64,000 bases of DNA from Nannocystales bacterium (GTDB lineage: Bacteria > Myxococcota_A > Polyangia > Nannocystales > Nannocystaceae). The stretch covers positions 64,312 through 128,311 of the forward strand of contig JBOEGF010000020.1 in NCBI GenBank assembly GCA_050633305.1, read 5' to 3'. Position numbers and translations under genes: made by a program. The notes below the pieces were generated by a model. The model was given only the letters and a program-made list of their open reading frames with translations, did not search any database and was not told the DNA's origin. Numbering within the stretch: the first letter of the stretch is position 1; each line of letters begins with the position of its first letter. This document shows, piece by piece, positions 59,243-64,000 of this stretch.

Positions 59243-60615
59243 TAGTCTTCCTCCTCGACGTCGTCATCGTCGTCGTCGTCCACGACAAACTCCTCGTCGA
59301 AGTCCTCGTCGAGCTGATGTTCGACGAAGTCGCCCTCTCCCGCGTTGAGCACCACCCACGGGTCGGCATACTCGATCGACGGCCCGGGCGGCTCGTCTTC
59401 CCCATGCCCATGCAGACGGTGCACGTCGGGCGTAGTGCTGGGCTCGAGTGGTTTGGTCAAGTGTGCGCCCGCCACGGTGAACGCGCCCTCGCACATCACC
59501 AAATACTCCCCAACCGACAGCTCGGCCTCCCGAAGGCGGCCGTCAGCATCGGTCGTTCCCACCCGCACGTGTCGACGCTCGGGTAGCGGTCCACGGATCT
59601 CGTACGCCTTGGATGCGAGACGCGCTGCGATCCAGTGGTCGCGCAGCTCCAAGAACAACTCGAAGTCGGCGAGACCCGAGGGGTCTCCGAGGGCGCCCAC
59701 AGGCATGTACTCGGGCTTGAAGGCGTTCTTTCCATAGATCGCAAGGCCCGGCGCGTCCCCTCCGACGTCATCGGGGATCTCTTCGGGATCGAAGAACAAG
59801 ACATCGACCCTGCGGTTGTCCTCGCTCGCGTGGTCGTCCACGCCGATCGCCTCGACGGGCCACGCCTCACCGCAACCGATGGCGGGAGGTTCGAGGGAAG
59901 ACAGGTCGCCGCGCGGGCCCGCGACTTCCTCCACACGCACCCGCAAGATCGAGGCGAGGTGCCGATCGTACAGGTCGAAAATCGCCTTCCAGTCGCCCTC
60001 GTTCTGCTCGACGTCGTGCCCCAGCGTGACCCCCAGCTCCTCTTCGCACTTGCGGCGAAACTCATCGCGGGCGGTCTTGGTGTGGCCGTTCCACGATTCG
60101 TCGAGCGGACCCGGATCGGTGTCCCAGCCGTGCAGCAGATGCGCCCACAGGTGCACGCGCTTGAAATCTGCGCGTACGAAGTGCGCGTCGGCGTGCGCCG
60201 CCCAACCTTCGCGATCACCTTGCAGATAGAGCAGGACGTTGGTGGCCCGGTCCTGCGAAAGCTCCAGGTTGTGCGCGGTGGAACCGACCGAGTCCGTATG
60301 GCCTGCGATGAGCAGCGACCGTTGCGGGTGGGCCCTCGCGTACGCAAGGGTCGCTGCGATGACGGCGAGCCCGTCTCGCTGCCCTCGGAGGTCTGGACGC
60401 TGTTGTGCGTCGGCGGCATCATCCGGGGGCGTGGGCAACGTCGGCAGCAACAGGCAACGGTCGGTCCCGAAGCAGACGTCTTCCATCTGCAGGATGCGCG
60501 CACGGGGGCGCTCCAAGACCAGGCGATAGGGCTGCCCGAGATTGACGCGTACCTGATGTGCCACTCCATCGAGCCCCAACCGCGTGCGCAGTTCGATGCG
60601 ATCGTCGTCGCTCAT
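59242..60615 (-). CDS. OmpA-C (peptidoglycan-binding) domain protein with transthyretin-like C-domain and acidic tail
   Basis: IAGHTDSVG..HNLELSQDRA..V, GCGE, NRRVDVLFF; GTTDADG; no signal or TM. Confidence 0.85.
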   Translation of the reverse strand: MSDDDRIELRTRLGLDGVAHQVRVNLGQPYRLVLERPRARILQMEDVCFGTDRCLLLPTLPTPPDDAADAQQRPDLRGQRDGLAVIAATLAYARAHPQRSLLIAGHTDSVGSTAHNLELSQDRATNVLLYLQGDREGWAAHADAHFVRADFKRVHLWAHLLHGWDTDPGPLDESWNGHTKTARDEFRRKCEEELGVTLGHDVEQNEGDWKAIFDLYDRHLASILRVRVEEVAGPRGDLSSLEPPAIGCGEAWPVEAIGVDDHASEDNRRVDVLFFDPEEIPDDVGGDAPGLAIYGKNAFKPEYMPVGALGDPSGLADFELFLELRDHWIAARLASKAYEIRGPLPERRHVRVGTTDADGRLREAELSVGEYLVMCEGAFTVAGAHLTKPLEPSTTPDVHRLHGHGEDEPPGPSIEYADPWVVLNAGEGDFVEHQLDEDFDEEFVVDDDDDDDVEEED

Positions 60616-61859
60616 AGCACCTCGATCTCGTAGCGGAACGTGTAGAAGTCGTCGCGGTTGGTGACCGTCCACGCCCCTTCGCCAAACGGCGGGTTGGAGG
60701 CGATGTTGGTGGTCTCATCGAAGTCGCTGATCGATGGGGGGGAGTCGCCCGTGACCAACGGGCCGAGCATGTTGTGGACCTTCACCTCGATGCGCAGCTC
60801 GTTCGACGACGACACCTCGAGCTCGAGGACCCACCCAAGCTGGAGCACGTCTCCCTCCACGACGACCGCACGATCGATGGCTCCTGCCTCGACCCCATTC
60901 ACGTTCGCGATGATCGTCCAAAGCCCCTGATCTCCCTCGATGAACGCAGCGTCGAGCACTTTGAGGGTCTTGAACGTGATGCGCAACGACACGGGCTTGC
61001 TGCCCTTGACCCCCTTGAAGCCCGCTTCGATGAGGTTGTCCTTGATGAAGTGGGGCTTGACGAGCACGTCCCCGTCGACGACGAAGCTGCTGGAGTTGGA
61101 GCCGTCGGTGAACGCAGCACAGTCGAACCCTGCATCGAGGAGCTTGTCGCGCAGGGCGGAAAGCTGCCCCGGAGCATCGCTCCTGCTTGCGACCACCAAC
61201 AACAACTTCGTCGAACTGCTCGCGGCCACGGCGCAGAACTCGTTGGGGTCCTCGACGTCAATCTGCCTGAAGTGACGGCTGTTGCGCTGGGTGCAATCGG
61301 TCCACGCTTCGTCGGTTTCGGGGATGCTCGTATTGCTGGCGTCCGAGAGGTACCGGTTCCCCACGCCGCTGGGCAGCCCCACGCCCGTGACGGGATTGGT
61401 GATGATGAGCGGTCCTAGACCCCCCATTCCCTCGTAGATGTCGTCGGGTGGATTTCCGAGGTAGCACGTGTACCGATCACCGTTCCGCGAGCGGCCAAAG
61501 AAGTATCGCTTCTCCCCCTTGATAGGATCTTCGGGAAACGTGACACCACCTTGACGAATGGATCCTTGGCCTTCGACCCGCGTCGGGGTGAGAGGGCCCG
61601 TCGCAGCCGATCCATACAACCCGCCAGGCCCGAACAGCTGGCCATTGATGCACACGCGAACGCTGGGGAGTTGCTCTTTTGACAGCTCGGTCCACGTGCG
61701 TTCGTCGGTGCGACGCAAGACGTCGATCGCATGGGTCTTGGCATCGAGGACGGCGTACAAGAAGTCTCCGTCCTCAAACAACCCAAAGCCATCGTCGAGA
61801 TGGTCGCGAATCGACGCGAACGTCGCCCCCGAGATCGCGAGCTTGGTGGGTTCTGCCAC
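60612..61859 (-). CDS. Phosphodiester glycosidase (NAGPA/DUF2233)-like protein
   Basis: INGQLF, GGLGPLI, LLLVV, GFDCAAFTDGSNSSS (cf. LDGGGSS). Confidence 0.6.
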   Translation of the reverse strand: MAEPTKLAISGATFASIRDHLDDGFGLFEDGDFLYAVLDAKTHAIDVLRRTDERTWTELSKEQLPSVRVCINGQLFGPGGLYGSAATGPLTPTRVEGQGSIRQGGVTFPEDPIKGEKRYFFGRSRNGDRYTCYLGNPPDDIYEGMGGLGPLIITNPVTGVGLPSGVGNRYLSDASNTSIPETDEAWTDCTQRNSRHFRQIDVEDPNEFCAVAASSSTKLLLVVASRSDAPGQLSALRDKLLDAGFDCAAFTDGSNSSSFVVDGDVLVKPHFIKDNLIEAGFKGVKGSKPVSLRITFKTLKVLDAAFIEGDQGLWTIIANVNGVEAGAIDRAVVVEGDVLQLGWVLELEVSSSNELRIEVKVHNMLGPLVTGDSPPSISDFDETTNIASNPPFGEGAWTVTNRDDFYTFRYEIEVL

Positions 61860-61861
61860 CG

Positions 61862-62386
61862 CTAGGTCCCCCCCACGCACGTCAGTTCAGGAATGAGGTG
61901 CTCGACGTCTCGCCACTCGATCGGCAGCGGCAAGAACGGTGGAGCCAGGGTATGCCCGTCGATCTCGACCGACCGTTCGGAACGGGAGAAGCGATCGAAG
62001 CAGACGCGGTGTGCGTAGTACTTGCCCGTATTCTTCCTCAGTGCCACATGCTCGAGTTCGACGCCAGCCACGGCCGTGTGGGGGTCTTCACTCATGGTCA
62101 TGACAATGCGGGCGGTGGCGAGGGTATTGACGACGATCAAGATCAACCCCGTGACCCACACAGGCACGACTCGCTTGGGCTTGGCCGCGACCCACAGCCC
62201 GAGTACCACGAGCGTGCCCAAGTGGATCGCGTACCGCACCCCGTCGGAATGGTGCGCCGTGAACACGCTTGCGATGCTCACGTTCTCGTGCACACTCCAG
62301 TCCCCCGCCACAACGGCGCCCACGGCCAGCGACGTCAAGAGCACAGGGAGCCAAACGCTGGGCCGCGGTGCCGCCTCGCGACTCAT
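61862..62386 (-). CDS. Membrane protein (3 TM), hypothetical
   Basis: ATGA overlap with upstream gene; hydrophobic segments. Confidence 0.7.
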   Translation of the reverse strand: MSREAAPRPSVWLPVLLTSLAVGAVVAGDWSVHENVSIASVFTAHHSDGVRYAIHLGTLVVLGLWVAAKPKRVVPVWVTGLILIVVNTLATARIVMTMSEDPHTAVAGVELEHVALRKNTGKYYAHRVCFDRFSRSERSVEIDGHTLAPPFLPLPIEWRDVEHLIPELTCVGGT

Positions 62387-62967
62387 GCTCCCCCCTTCGT
62401 GTAGCTGAAGTCGCCCGAACGTGCGTGAAGCTCGTCGTACTCCTGCGGCGTCCATGTGGGCATCAACTCCATCGCGTTGACGATTCGATGCTGGATCCCA
62501 CGCGCCTGTTCATAGAAGAAACCTTGCTGATCCGATGCCACGTCCTCGAGGCCGTCGACGAACGCGGTCATGTTGTCGAACTGCGCCTGCAAGGAGTCGA
62601 CGAGCGCCGCGATCGTCTCGGCGCGTCTCAGCTCGAAGGTCAACAGCTGGAGCGCCCCGTCGAGCAGGTACGAGATGCGGCCGCACGCCTTGGCATCAGC
62701 AAGCGGCGGGACCTCTACGAACACCGTGCTTCCGTGTACGGCGAAGCGATCCTCGGAGATCTCTTGCCCGTCGATACCCACGCAGATGCGTCCCTGCGGC
62801 GCGTGCGGCAGCTCGAGCACGATGGACGGATTGGCCTCGGGCAGTTGCTCGAGTCCTCCCGCGTGCGTGGGTTTGGGGATCAAACGAACCTGGGGCACGA
62901 CCAGCGTGTTGAGGCTGTTCGACGCGACGGACATCGTCATGGGTGCTGGGGGTTCGGCCATCGTCAT
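62383..62967 (-). CDS. Hypothetical protein
   Basis: ATGA overlaps at both ends. Confidence 0.75.
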   Translation of the reverse strand: MTMAEPPAPMTMSVASNSLNTLVVPQVRLIPKPTHAGGLEQLPEANPSIVLELPHAPQGRICVGIDGQEISEDRFAVHGSTVFVEVPPLADAKACGRISYLLDGALQLLTFELRRAETIAALVDSLQAQFDNMTAFVDGLEDVASDQQGFFYEQARGIQHRIVNAMELMPTWTPQEYDELHARSGDFSYTKGGA

Positions 62968-63608
62968 GCTCCGTGGGCGAACAAGAGGTCTTCGCGAGCT
63001 TTGTCGGACAGCGGCTCGTCAACCGCGGGCAAGCCCCTGGCCTCACGAAACCGCCCCATGGCCCGGGCGAGATCAGCGGGGCCATCACCTTGGGGCCCCT
63101 CGTGCATGAATCCCAGGTTGTACAGCCGAGCCCGCACGCCCTCATCGGTTTCAACGGGCTCAAGCGTGCCGACCTGCAACGTGATCGAGACGGAAACGTC
63201 TTCGTCGATCTCGAGCAGGAGCTGGGCCTGACGGGCTTCAACCTCGATGTCGTGGCGAACGCGACCGCTGGGATCGACGATGCCTTCGTGGTCGACCCCG
63301 TCGACGCTCAGCGTGTAGCGCGTGCCCGCCAGGCTCGCGCCGCTGGGATCTTGCAGTGCAAGCACCAACTCGCGCCGTACGGGGGCGAGCTCGAATACGG
63401 TTTGCGCATCGACCCGTGCCTCGTCCGTGCGAGGCTCGACCTCGGGCACGAACACGGAGTCCCCTTCCGCGAGCACTTCGGGGTCGGGTCGGGTCGTGCG
63501 GAGCTGCGCGTTCTTGGGGTGCTCGAACACGCGGCGCCACTGACGAAAACCATGGGCACGGGCGATGGTCTGGATCGTATCGCCCGCTTTCACGTGGTGG
63601 ATCGGCAT
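62964..63608 (-). CDS. LysM + transthyretin-like + PG-binding domain protein
   Basis: HHVKAGDTIQTIARAHG...PEVLAEGDSVFVP; LQDPSGASLAGTRY...GIVDPSG; GVRARLYNLGF...AMGRFREARGL. Confidence 0.88.
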   Translation of the reverse strand: MPIHHVKAGDTIQTIARAHGFRQWRRVFEHPKNAQLRTTRPDPEVLAEGDSVFVPEVEPRTDEARVDAQTVFELAPVRRELVLALQDPSGASLAGTRYTLSVDGVDHEGIVDPSGRVRHDIEVEARQAQLLLEIDEDVSVSITLQVGTLEPVETDEGVRARLYNLGFMHEGPQGDGPADLARAMGRFREARGLPAVDEPLSDKAREDLLFAHGA

Positions 63609-63616
63609 GGGCTCGC

Positions 63617-63787
63617 TCAAGCAGCAGACGGTGGATTGACGAGGAGTCGACCGCCTGTGGCAAACTCGATTGGGGGAGACACTTCGACCCGTCCACGAAG
63701 CTCGAGCGCCCGCTGTGCGCCAGGGCTCGACTTGCCCCTTCGGATCGTCTGGATCGTCTCGCCAGCTTTGACCGTGTGCGCTGGCAT
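63617..63787 (-). pseudogene. Internally deleted LysM paralog
   Basis: GAGGTG RBS; MPAHTVKAGETIQTI matches the next gene's start, then the LysM motif breaks off. Confidence 0.55.
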
Positions 63788-63797
63788 TCGAACACCT

Positions 63798-63998
63798 CTA
63801 GACAACGGAAGGCGGCTGGGTGACGACGAGACGCCCGATGCTTGCGAATTCGAGGTCGGGAATGAAGATGCGCCCGGACGCATCGGTCGTGCCCGATTCC
63901 GCAGCGCCCCCCGGCAGCTCGAACTCCCACTGTGCACCCGCGACGGGCTGGCCCTCCTCGTCCGTCACGACAACATCGACGAACGGAAGCTCGGGCGC
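63798..63998 (-). CDS. C-terminal transthyretin-like domain of a gene starting beyond the right edge
   Basis: Read manually: FVDVVVTDEEGQPVAGAQWEFELPGGAAESGTTDASGRIFIP...TAG. Confidence 0.75.
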   Translation of the reverse strand, partial: APELPFVDVVVTDEEGQPVAGAQWEFELPGGAAESGTTDASGRIFIPDLEFASIGRLVVTQPPSVV

Positions 63999-64000
63999 TG

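Noticed and set aside
1..64000. rRNA, tRNA, riboswitch or other structured ncRNA genes
   Set aside because: None recognised by eye; an Infernal/Rfam and tRNAscan search would be needed to exclude them

Overview
High-GC bacterial DNA whose gene content (Cys-rich lipoproteins with Ser/Thr/Gly/Asp stalks, a myxobacterial Cys-rich repeat, Ser/Thr kinase-TPR plus ECF pair, sigma-54 activator) points to Myxococcota, probably Nannocystaceae-like (inference). 1-27 kb is mostly ordinary chromosome: sterol desaturase plus membrane partner, lipase-like hydrolase, flavin monooxygenase, histidine kinase plus NtrC-type activator divergent from an ECF sigma across two back-to-back sigma-54 promoters, proC, ECF/Ser-Thr kinase pair, comEA, thiolase and many lipoproteins. 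27.5-46 kb is a decaying accessory region. Two direct-repeat copies of an HUH/Y1 (RAYT-like) transposase gene (one intact, one lacking both catalytic motifs) bracket an AT-richer YopT/C58-like protease gene, HNH-like, nucleotidyltransferase and DDE-transposase remnants. Four same-orientation IS91-family 3'-end remnants then alternate with secreted-protein genes. 46-55 kb holds a two-PLP-enzyme operon, GNAT, esterase, Sel1 lipoprotein and a disulfide reductase. 55.5-64 kb is a tightly coupled minus-strand operon of cell-wall-directed proteins (transthyretin-like, LysM, phosphodiester glycosidase, OmpA-C, split C39-like peptidase) resembling a T6SS/contractile-injection cargo cluster that runs off the right edge. 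No rRNA, tRNA or CRISPR array was seen. All family calls come from motif recognition by eye, not database searches.
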